From assembly GCA_963668025.2 (NCBI GenBank), contig CAXXTH010000017.1, positions 448,001-512,000 on the forward strand: a stretch of 64,000 bases of DNA, written 5' to 3'. A program made the translations under genes and the position numbers. The notes below the pieces were generated by a model. It made no database searches. It was not told the origin of the DNA and worked only from the letters and a program-made list of their open reading frames with translations. This DNA comes from Candidatus Hydrogenedentota bacterium (GTDB lineage: Bacteria > Hydrogenedentota > Hydrogenedentia > Hydrogenedentales > SLHB01). The first letter of the stretch is position 1. Each line of letters begins with the position of its first letter. Shown piece after piece: positions 9,938 through 21,256 of this stretch.

Positions 9938-11506
9938 TTAATAAAGTTCTACCGTGTCTGGGGGGTCAAGTTCAAACAGGATGCATGCGCCTTTATCCGG
10001 CTTGCCCTCCGCACGCACGGCTCCCCCATGGCGCTCGATGATGCGCTGAACCATGGCCAGCCCGACGCCGGTGCCTTCGTAGCGGTCATCCGTATGCAGG
10101 CGGCGGAACACCTGGAACAGCTCTCCGGCGCGGGACTGTTCAAAACCGATGCCATTGTCCTGCACGAAATAGGCGCACGCGCCGCCTGGAAGCGTGTGGT
10201 AGCCAAAATGAATGCGGGCCACCTCCCGCGTGCGGGTGAATTTAAGCGCATTGCTGAATAGATTCGCCAATACCTGCCTGAGCAGCGAAGAATCGCCCAT
10301 GCAAGGAGGCATGTCATCTATTCGCGATTCGATCCGCCGTCCGTGTTCCAAGGGGAGCAGTTCGCCCAACACTTCCTTGGCCAGGGACGCCATATCAACC
10401 TGGCGGCGCTGGAGCTGCTGGCGGCCCGTTTTGGCGAATGCCAGCAGATCGTTGATCAACTGGGTCATTTGCGACACCCCTTCCGAGATGAACCTCAGGT
10501 ATCGGCGCTGTTCATCGGGGGCGTCATCCCGGATAAGTTCCGTGGCCATCTCGGTGAAAGTGCGTATAAAACCCAATGGCGCACGCAAATCGTGGGCCAC
10601 CGAATAGCTGAAGGATTCGAGATCCTTCATGGCTTGGCGCAGTTCTTCCGTGCGCATCGCGACCCGTTGCTCGAGTTCCGTGTTCAATTGGCGCACCGTA
10701 TCTTCCGCTTGGCGTTGTTCCGTAACATCGTGCGCCACAAACGCCACGCGCCGCGCCACGCCGTCTGGGCCTTCATACGGATAAAACCCAATATCCAAAC
10801 ACCGGTATCCGATGCCGGGCAGCTCGAACCAGCTCTGCTGCTGCACGGTCCCGCCCTCGAGCACACGCTCCAAGCAAGGTTTCCAGATCGCATCAAAGGC
10901 CTCAGGCCCCCAGAGCGCCCGCAGCGGTTTTCCCGCGAAATCGTCAATGGCGCCTCCGTGGGCGCGCGCACAGGAGACATTCAACGCCTCATACTGGAAA
11001 TCCGCGCTCACCAGCCCCATCAACTCGTGGGAGGCGTTGGCGATGAACTCGTACCGCGACCACATCTCTTCGATGGCCACCTGTGGCGATACATCCTGAT
11101 GGAGCCAAACATAGACCGGAGGGCCTTGCGCCGGGAAAATGCCAGGCAATACATGCACCATGCACCAGGCGGGGATGCCATCCTTACGCACGAAGGGAAT
11201 CGTTCCACTGTATCGCCGGCCCGACTCGAGGGCGGCGTTCAGAGGGGCCGAGGAAGGATTTCCCTCGTCTAGAAAAGGATGGGGCCGCCCTAGCAATTCC
11301 TCTTGCTCCAGCGCCATGATGGCGCAGAGAATGCTGTCCGCGTATAGCATAGCCCCCATCGGCTGGGAGGCATCGCTTATCGCGACACCCATTCCGCCTT
11401 CCGCCATGGCATGGGCCAAGATATATTCCATGGACGCCTCTGGAAAATAGGGAACGGATGCATGTGGGGGGGTGCTGCAGGATTCGGATTCAAGCCGGTC
11501 TGCCAT
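9938..11506 (-). CDS. PAS domain sensor histidine kinase
   Basis: Two PAS-like domains; H-box SVAHDLRAPL, NLFSNALKF, DNGIGF, GTGVGLA. Confidence 0.92.
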   Translation of the reverse strand: MADRLESESCSTPPHASVPYFPEASMEYILAHAMAEGGMGVAISDASQPMGAMLYADSILCAIMALEQEELLGRPHPFLDEGNPSSAPLNAALESGRRYSGTIPFVRKDGIPAWCMVHVLPGIFPAQGPPVYVWLHQDVSPQVAIEEMWSRYEFIANASHELMGLVSADFQYEALNVSCARAHGGAIDDFAGKPLRALWGPEAFDAIWKPCLERVLEGGTVQQQSWFELPGIGYRCLDIGFYPYEGPDGVARRVAFVAHDVTEQRQAEDTVRQLNTELEQRVAMRTEELRQAMKDLESFSYSVAHDLRAPLGFIRTFTEMATELIRDDAPDEQRRYLRFISEGVSQMTQLINDLLAFAKTGRQQLQRRQVDMASLAKEVLGELLPLEHGRRIESRIDDMPPCMGDSSLLRQVLANLFSNALKFTRTREVARIHFGYHTLPGGACAYFVQDNGIGFEQSRAGELFQVFRRLHTDDRYEGTGVGLAMVQRIIERHGGAVRAEGKPDKGACILFELDPPDTVELY

Positions 11507-11642
11507 GGCGTCATCCTCTTGGCTTGCCTGCATGATATGGTAGCATACCTTTTCCATGTTTGTGCAACGCGCGCGGGCGGCGCATGGGTAAAAATAATGC
11601 CTATGCGCCTAAACAGCACCATTTCAAGGGCATGCTGAACCG

Positions 11643-12722
11643 TTAGATTGACTCGTGAGGACCGGCGGCAAGCGCATGATGGGCGCTGCGGAGCAAATGC
11701 TCCGTGGCCTCCCAGCCGATGCATGCGTCCGTGATGCTGACACCATAACGCAAGGAAGCCACACCGTTCTTTAACTCCTGGCTGCCTTCAAACAGGTTGC
11801 TTTCGAGCATAAATCCGGCGATGGAAGCAGCGCCATCCAGGCGCTGTTGGATCACGCTGCGGAGCACATGGCGCTGTAAGTCATGGCGCTTGCCAGAATT
11901 CGCGTGGCTGCAATCCACCAGAAAACGCGGATAACAAACAGGCGGTTTTAGGCCAGCCTGGGCGAGTTGTTCTTCCGTGTGGGTGATGCTGACGGGATCA
12001 TAATTCGGCCCCGAACGCCCGCCGCGTAGAATAATGTGGCCGTACCGGTTGCCGCGCGTGGTGACGACGCTGGAACGGCCATCTTCATCTATGCCTAGAA
12101 AATGGTGCGGATGATGCGCCGAGGAAAGGGCGTCAATGGCGATTTGCAGGTTACCATCGGTGCTGTTCTTGAAGCCCACCGGCATGGATAAACCGCTGGC
12201 CATTTCCCGGTGGGTTTGCGATTCAGCGGTCCGGGCGCCAATGGAGACCCAGCTCACGAGATCGGATATGTATTGAGGCACAATGGGATCGAGCACTTCC
12301 GTAGCGGTGGGCAAGCCGGTTTCGTTGACGGCAAGCAACAGTTCCCGTGTTAAATGCAGCCCCGCATCAATGTCATAGCTCCCATCCAGGCGCGGATCGT
12401 TGATAAGCCCCTTCCAGCCGATGGTCGTTCGCGGCTTTTCGAAATAGGTGCGCATGACAATGCAAAATTGGCTGCTCAATTCATCGCGCAACACCGCCAG
12501 GCGCTGCGCGTATTCGAGGGCCGCTTTGCGGTCATGAATCGAGCAAGGGCCGACAATCGCCAGCATCCGCGGATCATCGCCGCGCAGAATAGCCTCGATG
12601 TCGCGCCGCCCTCTCACAACGGTGGCGTTGGCCGTCTCGGACATGGGCAGCGCGTTCTTGAGCTGCCGCGGCGTGGGCAGCGGATGCAAGGACACTACGT
12701 TAAGGTCTTGCGTACGTTCCAT
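11643..12722 (-). CDS. aroF: 3-deoxy-7-phosphoheptulonate (DAHP) synthase, class I-alpha
   Basis: [46 protein letters not shown]. Confidence 0.95.
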   Translation of the reverse strand: MERTQDLNVVSLHPLPTPRQLKNALPMSETANATVVRGRRDIEAILRGDDPRMLAIVGPCSIHDRKAALEYAQRLAVLRDELSSQFCIVMRTYFEKPRTTIGWKGLINDPRLDGSYDIDAGLHLTRELLLAVNETGLPTATEVLDPIVPQYISDLVSWVSIGARTAESQTHREMASGLSMPVGFKNSTDGNLQIAIDALSSAHHPHHFLGIDEDGRSSVVTTRGNRYGHIILRGGRSGPNYDPVSITHTEEQLAQAGLKPPVCYPRFLVDCSHANSGKRHDLQRHVLRSVIQQRLDGAASIAGFMLESNLFEGSQELKNGVASLRYGVSITDACIGWEATEHLLRSAHHALAAGPHESI

Positions 12723-12733
12723 GGGATGCCTGT

Positions 12734-13402
12734 CTATTCCGTCTGGGTGGGCTGGCTGAGTTCATCTACGGTGGCCGCCTTATACGTGAGGGGCAGCTCG
12801 TCTTGGTCTTCATTCATATGGCAGGCATACCGGCCCGCCATGATGAGCCGCCGGAACTCGTGCGGCGTAGCGAAGGACTCTTCCGTCTCGAGCCAGAACC
12901 GGTTGAGGTAATTGAGGCCATGGGCGTCCGAGGCCCACACTTCCGCCTGGCCGTTGAGTTCCGCGTAATGCTTAGCCGCGCGCGCGCGCTCTTCTTGGAA
13001 ATGATGGCACGAACGCACTTCCACTGCGTCGGCGAAGCGGCAAAATTCGGGCAGCTCCCCCGACCAGCGGTATGGATGGGCGATAATCGTCAAGTATCCA
13101 TCCGCGCATGCCTTGGCGAATAATTCGCTGGGATTTTTTAGGGTTTCGTAAACTGGATCGTTTGCGCCCAGCACCAGCACATCCACGCCGGATTCTAGGG
13201 AGATCTCGATACCGGGGAAAATACGCATTTCTTCACACTGGGCTTGCAGGCGCTTGAGTGCTTCGGGCCGCCATACCTTGTGATGTTCCGTGAGAAAAAG
13301 CGCCTCATATCCAAGGTTTTCGGCCAGCGAGAACAGCTCGCCCGGCGGCATCACCGAGCAAGAAGAATACATGTTCGTGTGGCTGTGTATTTCTACTTTC
13401 AT
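12734..13402 (-). CDS. PHP domain metal-dependent phosphoesterase
   Basis: IHSHT, LTEHH, GIEIS, AHPYR, SDAH. Confidence 0.88.
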   Translation of the reverse strand: MKVEIHSHTNMYSSCSVMPPGELFSLAENLGYEALFLTEHHKVWRPEALKRLQAQCEEMRIFPGIEISLESGVDVLVLGANDPVYETLKNPSELFAKACADGYLTIIAHPYRWSGELPEFCRFADAVEVRSCHHFQEERARAAKHYAELNGQAEVWASDAHGLNYLNRFWLETEESFATPHEFRRLIMAGRYACHMNEDQDELPLTYKAATVDELSQPTQTE

Positions 13403-13642
13403 ATTGAAACCCTTGCCACTGCTGCATTTTCTGTGGCGGCGGCCATCAAAGGAACATTTAGCCGGAGTATACCATGCCCGCCCGGATGATTTCCTCTTTC
13501 TTCCGTGCGATATCAGGGCATGCCGCGCCGTTGAACGCTTCAGCCCGCATCCAGTACGATGGAAGGCATGTAACGGAAATGCTTGCACTTGCCCGCGCAC
13601 CTGCGTGTCCGCTGGCGGGTCTTGAAGAAAGGGAGAAGCGCC

Positions 13643-14158
13643 GTGAAACGAACGATTTGGGCTGCGGCAGGCTTGATGCTCCTTTGCGCATGCGCGCAAT
13701 CCCCGAGCGATGTTGTCGAAAAAGTAAAATATGACTTTGGCATAGGCGAAAAGCCCGAGGGCTATGTCTCGGGCGCTGAGAAAATCATGGCGAACCTGGA
13801 TAAAGTCGGCGCGGTCGAGTTGAAGCGCCTGAATGGCGAGAGCCGCCATGGAGAAGTGAAATTCCAGGAAGAAGAAGGGTTAAGCGGCAAGTTCTATAAA
13901 GAGGCGAAAGTCTATGAAAGCTTTTATCCTCTCGATGCGCGCGCGGTGACTTCCGCTTCGGAAGGAAATCCAGGATATCTCGGATATATTGATTATTCGT
14001 ATCGCATCTGCCAAAGCGAGCGCTTCAACACCCGCCCCGAAGCCGAGGCGGCTTCCACGGATATCCGCACCGACGTGCAAGGGCGCGAGACTTACCGGTA
14101 CCGGTTCAGTTCTGGCGGTGTTTGGGATGGCCAAAAAGGCGAACGCTCGCGCGATTAG
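13643..14158 (+). CDS. Hypothetical lipoprotein
   Basis: GTG start with GGGAG RBS; signal peptide ending LCAC. Confidence 0.7.
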   Translation: MKRTIWAAAGLMLLCACAQSPSDVVEKVKYDFGIGEKPEGYVSGAEKIMANLDKVGAVELKRLNGESRHGEVKFQEEEGLSGKFYKEAKVYESFYPLDARAVTSASEGNPGYLGYIDYSYRICQSERFNTRPEAEAASTDIRTDVQGRETYRYRFSSGGVWDGQKGERSRD

Positions 14159-14224
14159 TATAATCGGTTAGGCATTTCGGGCGTTTTTCCTATCGCCGCA
14201 TATGCCACGCAAGGAGGCGCGCCG

Positions 14225-15877
14225 TTGGAAGAGCCGTCATTCACGCAACGCAGGCCCGGCTGGGAAATTGCCGTGGCGCTGCTGGCGCTGGCCATCGCAT
14301 CAGCGGTCTGGACCGTGGGGTATAACGAGTCGTATTTCGTTTTCCCTGACGCCGTGGATTACGCCCAGATGGGAGCCGAACTCCGAGAGGGCCATGGTTT
14401 CGCCACGCGGCAAATCTTTCCGATGGAAGCGCCCTGGCTCAAGGCCAGGGGTTATCTAAATGGCGCATACTGGCCCAATCTGCACCGCTTCCCCTTGCCG
14501 ACGCTCGCCCATGCGGGGGCGCAGATGTTTTTCCGGAGCCCCATCGACGCGGCTATTTTTCAAAGCGGGCTATGGTATTTGTTGAGCCTGCCCCTGGTGT
14601 TTCTACTGGCGCGGCGGTGCATGGGGCTTGCTGGCGCGCTCTTGTGTATGCTGTTCGTGGCGGGCGATCCCCATTTGTTCGAAAACAGCTATATGGGCAT
14701 GGGCGAACCCCTCGCCACACTGATTTTGTTATGCGCAGTGTATGTGGCCGTATGCTGGCCCGCCCGCGCCGCAACCTGGGCTACATTGGGTGTAATATGC
14801 GGACTGGCCTATTTGGCGCGCACTAATTTTGTGTATCTCACGCCTTTTGCGATGGCGTGGGCGTTTGGGCAAGGGCGCTGGCGTGCGGCGGGGCTGGCGC
14901 TGGCAGGCTCGCTCGTAGCCGTGTCGCCTTGGCTGCTCCGGAATATCCTGGTGGCTGGCAGCCCAGGCTTCTCGTTCATGAGCGCCTACACGTTGGCCTG
15001 GGGCGCGGTTCCTGGAACGCTGCTCTACCATCTCCACGACGCACCCTCCACGCCGGGCGGGATGATGGCGTTGTATGGCAGCGCCATCCGCGCCAAAGCA
15101 ATGGCTAATTTCCTGCCGAATATCCTCTCGATGTCGTTCTGGGGAGACATGTTCCAAGCGAAAAGCTGGATGTATCCGCTCGAACGCAGCCAAGGCGTAT
15201 TCGCAATCCCCTTTCTGTTTCTATGCCTAGTATCGCTGTTTCATAGTGCGGCGCGGCCTTGCCGGGCCTTGCCGTGGGCCGTGTTATTGCTGGTGGGCGG
15301 CAATTTTTTACTCATGTGCATGGCAAACCACGAAGCGCGTTATTACGCCCCTTTCCGCCCGCTGGTGATCATCGCAGGCATGGCGGCATTGCTGGCGCTG
15401 ATAGGCCTCGTGAATAAAACACCATATCGGCGAGCGCTGGCGGTGGGAACGCTGGTGGCGCTGGCCGGGGTGGCCATCACCCAATATTATAGCGTGGCGG
15501 CGGCCCACCAAGCCGTGCGTGACGCTGAAACGCAGCCGTTTCCGCCGTTATCTCCCGAAGACCTCCAGGCCTACGCCCGTCTGCGGGAGATCACAGAGCC
15601 AGGTACAATTTTCGCTTCGGATGTGTCGGACGAAGTGGCCCTCTTCACCGAACGCCGCGCCATACGACTGCCGGAGATACCTACAGAATTGCTCGAACTG
15701 GACCAGGACTTCTTGCCTATTGATTATGTCCTGGCGGGACGCCGGACGCTGAGCTGGCGGCGCGTGCAATATGGGTACAAACCCTACGCAGAATTTTTCG
15801 AATCGCCGGAGTTTTTAGCCCGCTTTGAACGGGTGGAGGAATTGCCCAACGGGACGATTCTCTTCCGGCGGATATAG
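14225..15877 (+). CDS. ArnT/PMT-family (GT-C) glycosyltransferase
   Basis: PDAVDY acidic motif after TM1, GLAYLAR, PWLLRN, ARYYAP, multi-TM. Confidence 0.8.
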   Translation: MEEPSFTQRRPGWEIAVALLALAIASAVWTVGYNESYFVFPDAVDYAQMGAELREGHGFATRQIFPMEAPWLKARGYLNGAYWPNLHRFPLPTLAHAGAQMFFRSPIDAAIFQSGLWYLLSLPLVFLLARRCMGLAGALLCMLFVAGDPHLFENSYMGMGEPLATLILLCAVYVAVCWPARAATWATLGVICGLAYLARTNFVYLTPFAMAWAFGQGRWRAAGLALAGSLVAVSPWLLRNILVAGSPGFSFMSAYTLAWGAVPGTLLYHLHDAPSTPGGMMALYGSAIRAKAMANFLPNILSMSFWGDMFQAKSWMYPLERSQGVFAIPFLFLCLVSLFHSAARPCRALPWAVLLLVGGNFLLMCMANHEARYYAPFRPLVIIAGMAALLALIGLVNKTPYRRALAVGTLVALAGVAITQYYSVAAAHQAVRDAETQPFPPLSPEDLQAYARLREITEPGTIFASDVSDEVALFTERRAIRLPEIPTELLELDQDFLPIDYVLAGRRTLSWRRVQYGYKPYAEFFESPEFLARFERVEELPNGTILFRRI

Positions 15878-15966
15878 CTCATTTTCACCACAAAGCCACT
15901 AAGGCACAAAGAGTTTATTCAAAAGCCACGTTGGTTATCCACAGGCGATAGGGCTGGCCCCTGAGC

Positions 15967-15988
15967 GGTGGGGCAAGCCCCACCCTAC
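15967..15988 (-). repeat. GTAG-type REP-like hairpin
   Basis: Reverse complement GTAG-GGTGGGGC-TT-GCCCCACC; a related hairpin lies at 41994-42018. Confidence 0.6.
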
Positions 15989-16143
15989 AAAATCGCATCG
16001 AATTTTAGTGTAGTTTAGTGTATTTCGTGGTCTAGAATCCGGCTTTTTGGTTGCGGTTATGTCTCGCTGTGAATATATGGGGAAGTAGGTATTTGAGCAT
16101 CCATAGGAGAGGCGCTCTGCTGGAGTATATTTTTGCAGGCATC

Positions 16144-16752
16144 ATGGAAAAAGGAGCACATATCGAGAATAACGCTTCGCTGGCGCGCCTGCTCGAGGAA
16201 GTGCGGGCATGCCGTTTATGCGCGGACAAGCTGCCGCTGGAGCCCCGGCCGGTCCTGCGCGCATCCGCCACGGCGCGTATTTTAATTGTCGGCCAAGCCC
16301 CCGGCTTGCGCGTCCATGAAACCGGCATCCCTTGGAACGATCCGAGCGGCGGCCGCCTGCGCGAGTGGATGGCGGTGGACCGGGAAACCTTCTACGACGA
16401 ATCGCGCATCGCGATCATCCCCATGGGGTATTGTTATCCGGGACGCAATGTCCGAGGTGGCGATCTGCCGCCGCGCCCCGAATGCGCTCAAACCTGGCTG
16501 CCCCGCCTGCTGGCCCATCTGCCCGCTATCGAATTCACTCTTCTGGCTGGGCGGTATGGCCAAGTGCGGTATCTCGGCGCTCAAGCGCATAAAACGCTGA
16601 CGGAAACCGTGCGCGCCTGGCGTGGTTACTGGCCCACGTTCATGCCGCTGCCTCATCCGTCGTTCCGAAACCTGCTATGGCTCAAACAGAATCCCTGGTT
16701 CGCCGAGGAAGTGCTGCCATCTTTGCGGCGGCGGATACGCGAATTACTCTAA
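16144..16752 (+). CDS. Uracil-DNA glycosylase family protein
   Basis: CRLC, IVGQAPG, WNDPSG, CYPG, LPHPS. Confidence 0.9.
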   Translation: MEKGAHIENNASLARLLEEVRACRLCADKLPLEPRPVLRASATARILIVGQAPGLRVHETGIPWNDPSGGRLREWMAVDRETFYDESRIAIIPMGYCYPGRNVRGGDLPPRPECAQTWLPRLLAHLPAIEFTLLAGRYGQVRYLGAQAHKTLTETVRAWRGYWPTFMPLPHPSFRNLLWLKQNPWFAEEVLPSLRRRIRELL

Positions 16753-16944
16753 CCACATAATGAACCAAGGATGTTGAGTGATTTTTTCTATAGCCATACC
16801 GTTCCCCCGTGCTCACCGTGTCCCTGTAAAGAAAAACCTGCCATTGCATAACGCTTGCGGCAGGTGCGCCAGAGGGCTAGAATGGCCCCCGGTATGCACT
16901 TAACGGATGGCAGCAAACAACTATCGGAGAAGGAGAGCCAGGCC

Positions 16945-18363
16945 ATGCCCGCAAAATCCCATAAGATGACATTTGGATTGCTTGTAGGCAATCGCGGATT
17001 TTTCCCAGACGCCCTTGCCGAAGAAGGCCGCACCTTCATGATGGCGCTGCTCAAAAAACTTGGATACAACACGGTGGTGTTGTCTCCGAATGATACGAAA
17101 TTCGGCAGCGTCGAAACTTGGGAAGACGCCAAAAAGTGCGCCGCACTCTTCAAGAAAAACCGTGAAACATTGGACGGCATTATCGTGACGCTGCCTAATT
17201 TTGGCGACGAGCGCGGCGTGGCGGACACCATCAAGATGGCTGGGCTTGATGTGCCCGTGCTCATTCATGCCTGGGCCGATGACCCGCTGAAAATGACCAT
17301 CAAGCACCGCCGCGATTCTTTCTGCGGAAAGATGAGCGCATGCAACAACCTGAAGCAATACAACATTCCATATACACTCACCACTTTGCACACCATGGAC
17401 CCCGCCACACCCGCATTCGAAAGCGAACTGCACTATTTCGCCAGCGTCTGCCGGGTGGTGAACGGCCTGCGCAAATGCCGCGTCGGCGCGCTAGGCGCAC
17501 GCCCCGCGAATTTCAACACGGTCCGTTTCAGCGAGAAGCTCCTTGAAGATTCCGGCATTTCCGTCGAAACGCTTGACCTCTCGGAGATTTTTGGCCGCGC
17601 GGAGCGCCTTAAAGATAACGATGCGCTAGTCAAAGAAAAAGTGGCGGCTATCCAGGGGTATGTCGAGACCAAAGGCGTGACCGCAGCCGCCATCACCAAA
17701 ATGGCCAAACTCGGCATCGTGATTGATGAATGGATGAAGGCCGCGGAACTCGATATCACCGCCATCCAGTGCTGGACCTCCCTCGAGGAGTACTACGGCG
17801 TCGTGCCTTGCACGGTCATGAGCATGCTCAGTGATTCGCTGCGCTCCTCGGCCTGTGAAGTGGATGTGTGCGGAGCGGTGGGCATGCATGCCCTCGCTTT
17901 GGCCTCGCAAACCCCGAGCTTCCTCCTCGATTGGAACAATAACTACGGCGATGATCCCGACAAGTGCGTCTGCTTCCATTGCTCGAATCTGCCCAAGAGC
18001 TGCTTCAAGGAATTCCGCATGGACTACCAGGAGATCATCGCGGGCACAGTCGGCAAAGCCAACACCTATGGCACGGTCGTAGGCCGTATTAAGCCTAAGC
18101 CCATGACCTATTGCCGCCTCTCGACCATCGACACCGAAGGCGTCATCGCGGGCTATCTTGGCGAAGGAGCATTCACGGATGATCCCCTCGATACCTTCGG
18201 CGGCTACGGCGTAGCGGAGATCCCCGATCTCCAGGGGCTTCTCGAGTACATCTGCCAGAACGGCTTCGAACACCATGTAGCCGTCAATTTAAGCGAGACT
18301 GCCCAGGCGGTCTATGAAGCCATGGACAACTATCTTGGCTGGGATATGTATTGGCACGAATAG
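16945..18363 (+). CDS. L-fucose/L-arabinose isomerase family protein
   Basis: NFGDE, DSFCG, AIQCW, ACEVD, FHCSN, GFEHHVA. Confidence 0.9.
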   Translation: MPAKSHKMTFGLLVGNRGFFPDALAEEGRTFMMALLKKLGYNTVVLSPNDTKFGSVETWEDAKKCAALFKKNRETLDGIIVTLPNFGDERGVADTIKMAGLDVPVLIHAWADDPLKMTIKHRRDSFCGKMSACNNLKQYNIPYTLTTLHTMDPATPAFESELHYFASVCRVVNGLRKCRVGALGARPANFNTVRFSEKLLEDSGISVETLDLSEIFGRAERLKDNDALVKEKVAAIQGYVETKGVTAAAITKMAKLGIVIDEWMKAAELDITAIQCWTSLEEYYGVVPCTVMSMLSDSLRSSACEVDVCGAVGMHALALASQTPSFLLDWNNNYGDDPDKCVCFHCSNLPKSCFKEFRMDYQEIIAGTVGKANTYGTVVGRIKPKPMTYCRLSTIDTEGVIAGYLGEGAFTDDPLDTFGGYGVAEIPDLQGLLEYICQNGFEHHVAVNLSETAQAVYEAMDNYLGWDMYWHE

Positions 18364-18383
18364 CAGTTGAAGTTTGAGGCAAC

Positions 18384-18416
18384 GGGGCTCTTCCATGGAG
18401 AAGGGCCCCTATTTTT
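18384..18416 (+). terminator. Rho-independent terminator
   Basis: GGGGCTCTTC...GAAGGGCCCC stem followed by a T run. Confidence 0.7.
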
Positions 18417-18590
18417 GTGTATACCCCGAATTCCCCGCGCCTGCCTACTGAAATAAAGTAGATTTCGGGCGGCTTATTTTCAAACATAATCCCTATCTTT
18501 TTTGAATTCCCCTCAGGTATACTTTTAGTGGGGTTGGACAGATCATCGCGCTACAGTTGATATCGGTCTATTTGGACGGGAGAGTGGGAG

Positions 18591-19742
18591 ATGAAGTGGA
18601 CGGCTCTGTTCTTTTTGTTACTTTTTCTTCATCCTGCATTCGCGGCGGAGCTGCCTCAATTAATCAATTATCAAGGTGCGCTCGTCGATGAAACAGGCAA
18701 GCCGTTAGCCTCTGGCCTATATACTATCGAATTCCGCATCTATGACGCTGAAGAAGAAGGCAACCTAATCTGGGGCCCGCAAATATTCGATGGCGTGGTG
18801 GCGTTCGGCCATGCATCCAAAGTACAGGCCGTAGATGGCAACTTTAATGTATTACTAGGAACCATAGACACCTCGAAGCGGAAATTATCGAGCGCTTTCG
18901 CCGCCGCGCCGCGATATATCGAGATCACGGTCCACGATCCCGATGCGAAAGCGGAGCATACTCTCGCCCCACGGCAGCAGATCCTCAGCGTGCCGTTCGC
19001 CTTAAACGCGCAAACCGCCCAATCAGTAGCCGCACGTTCGATATCCGAAGAATCCATCAAAGAAGGCGCGGTGAATGCGGGCATTATGGAGGATGGTTCG
19101 GCGCTCACGGAAATCCTGGATGACGACGGCGCGGGCTCGGGACTCGATGCGGATACGCTAGACGGGAAACACGCCAGCGATTTCATTGGAACTCAAGGCG
19201 GAGCCATTACGGGCAATCTCACGGTGACTGGCGACTACAAGCTAGCCGCACCGCGCACTATCAAGAAGCACATCATGGCGGCGGCGTTCCAATCCGCGAA
19301 TCCCTCGGATACAGACAATGTATTACATAATTCGTATGGTGTCTGGAGTATCTCCCCGATGAATGGCGCTAACGAAACAATAGAACTGACCGCGCCAATC
19401 GATCTGCCGGATGGAGCCGTCATCCAATCTGTTTCGATATCGTATCGCGACGATTTGAATCCAGTAGATATCCGAATACGACTCTATTTGGTTCGATGGA
19501 GTATGGGCAGCATAGGGGATACGAGTATTGCCACCATAGATGAATGGACAAGTGGAGATTCATTCAATTGGAAAACCTTCACTACGAATACCATTACGGA
19601 ATCCGAGGTGGACTCGGAATATTATGGCTATTCGGCATTCATTCAACTTAGCACCAATCAGAATGTAACAAGCGTATCTAGCACCTTCGTGATTAGGTCC
19701 ATCACCATCACCTACACACTCGATCATGCGCCGATTCGTTAA
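18591..19742 (+). CDS. Secreted fibre-like protein (INYQG N-domain, GLDADTLDG repeat)
   Basis: Signal peptide; LINYQGALVD; RQQILSVPFAL; GAGSGLDADTLDGKHASDF motif typical of tail-fibre-like proteins. Confidence 0.7.
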   Translation: MKWTALFFLLLFLHPAFAAELPQLINYQGALVDETGKPLASGLYTIEFRIYDAEEEGNLIWGPQIFDGVVAFGHASKVQAVDGNFNVLLGTIDTSKRKLSSAFAAAPRYIEITVHDPDAKAEHTLAPRQQILSVPFALNAQTAQSVAARSISEESIKEGAVNAGIMEDGSALTEILDDDGAGSGLDADTLDGKHASDFIGTQGGAITGNLTVTGDYKLAAPRTIKKHIMAAAFQSANPSDTDNVLHNSYGVWSISPMNGANETIELTAPIDLPDGAVIQSVSISYRDDLNPVDIRIRLYLVRWSMGSIGDTSIATIDEWTSGDSFNWKTFTTNTITESEVDSEYYGYSAFIQLSTNQNVTSVSSTFVIRSITITYTLDHAPIR

Positions 19743-19776
19743 GGTTGCCAGAGGAAAAGAAACAAGGAGAATCAAT

Positions 19777-21246
19777 ATGCTGAAAATAGGGATGGCATGC
19801 ATATGCGGTGTTCTATGGGCGGGCGCGAGCTTCTCAGCGGAAGTGCCTTCCATGATCAACTACCAGGGTGCGCTCGTGGACAACGAGGGCAAACCGCTGG
19901 CGACGGGTGAATACACCCTGGAATTTGAGATTTACGACGCACTCACCAATGGCGCACTGGTGTGGGGACCTATGGTCTTCGACGGCGTAACTGCTTTCGG
20001 CCATGCGGCGAAAGCGCAAGTCGTGGAAGGGAATTTTAATGTGCTACTCGGGCCTATTGACACCAGCAAACGGCCTTTGATCAACGCCTTCGGTGGTACG
20101 GCCCGGTATGTCTCGATCAAAGTGCATGATCCCGTGACGAAAGCGGTCCATACCTTGGCCCCACGCCAGCAAATTCTAAGCGTACCTTTCGCGCTGAACG
20201 CCCAATATGCCGCAACCGCCCAGACCGTGGCTGCCGGAGTCGTGGACGCCGCCGCCATGGCCGACGGCGCTGCGCTCGAAGAGATTTCCGATAACGATGG
20301 CGCTGGTTCGGGCCTGGATGCGGACACAGTGGACGGCAAACACGCCAGCGAATTCATGGCCGCCAACAAGGATATCTGGGTGGATGCGCAAGGCGACACG
20401 CTAACAGGCGTCTTGGCCATCAATGGAAAATTAGCCGTGGGCCGGGCCGATGCGGACACCAAGCTCCACGTACAAGGCGGCAACTGGGATTTAACGAATA
20501 CCGACGGCGACGTAAAAATCGGCAACAGCGGATATGAACTCAAGATGGGCATCGCCACTTCCGGCGGCGGCGCGGGCGACGCCCGCATCCGCTCCCAAGG
20601 CGGCACTAACCGGCTGATTCTCGGCGCGGGGATCAACGACGCCTTGGCCATGGACAGCGCCGGGCGCGTGGGCATTGGCATACTAGCTCCCGAACAAAAA
20701 CTGGATGTGAATGGCAATGTCCAGACCACGGGCGAGTACCTGTATAGCGGCCCGCGCACTTTCCGGTTATTCCTATCGGCAGCCGCATTCAATCCTGCTA
20801 ACCTCCAGACCAGTTCGGACTGGAGGGTTACCAGTAACAACCGAGGCTATATCGAAACGTTTGGCTCAAGTGACGACATTGCCCTTTGCGCACCGGTGAA
20901 CTTGCCTCAAGGCGCACAAGTGACCAAGATGAAGGTGTATTACTTTGACAACTCCTCGTGGAGCATCTACATCGATGCAAAGCTGCAAAAAGGCCAAGCA
21001 TATGTTGGCGATGCTGTGCCTGCGGTGACCATGGCGCAAATCACATTCCATTCCGGAACCTTGGGAACCTCTCCGGATGTGCGAAGTTACAGTGATGAGA
21101 CCATCGTTGAACCCCAAATCAGCAACCTTTCGTATTCCTATGCCGTGCAAATAGATTATGTGCAAGAGGCGCTAGACGAGGGCCTAATTCCCACATTCGT
21201 CGGCGTCGGCATCGAGTATACCGTCACCAAAGCCTCCGGCGAGTAA
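19777..21246 (+). CDS. Secreted fibre-like protein, paralog of the upstream gene, with extra VGIG..P..KL.V.G repeats
   Basis: MINYQGALVD, RQQILSVPFAL, GLDADTVDG; AAGGAG RBS. Confidence 0.7.
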   Translation: MLKIGMACICGVLWAGASFSAEVPSMINYQGALVDNEGKPLATGEYTLEFEIYDALTNGALVWGPMVFDGVTAFGHAAKAQVVEGNFNVLLGPIDTSKRPLINAFGGTARYVSIKVHDPVTKAVHTLAPRQQILSVPFALNAQYAATAQTVAAGVVDAAAMADGAALEEISDNDGAGSGLDADTVDGKHASEFMAANKDIWVDAQGDTLTGVLAINGKLAVGRADADTKLHVQGGNWDLTNTDGDVKIGNSGYELKMGIATSGGGAGDARIRSQGGTNRLILGAGINDALAMDSAGRVGIGILAPEQKLDVNGNVQTTGEYLYSGPRTFRLFLSAAAFNPANLQTSSDWRVTSNNRGYIETFGSSDDIALCAPVNLPQGAQVTKMKVYYFDNSSWSIYIDAKLQKGQAYVGDAVPAVTMAQITFHSGTLGTSPDVRSYSDETIVEPQISNLSYSYAVQIDYVQEALDEGLIPTFVGVGIEYTVTKASGE

Positions 21247-21256
21247 GGAGAGGATT

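Noticed and set aside
15935-15943. Perfect DnaA box TTATCCACA
   Set aside because: Single copy with no cluster or AT-rich unwinding element, so not evidence for oriC
18591-21246. Diversity-generating retroelement targets
   Set aside because: No reverse transcriptase and no template/variable repeat pair differing only at adenines
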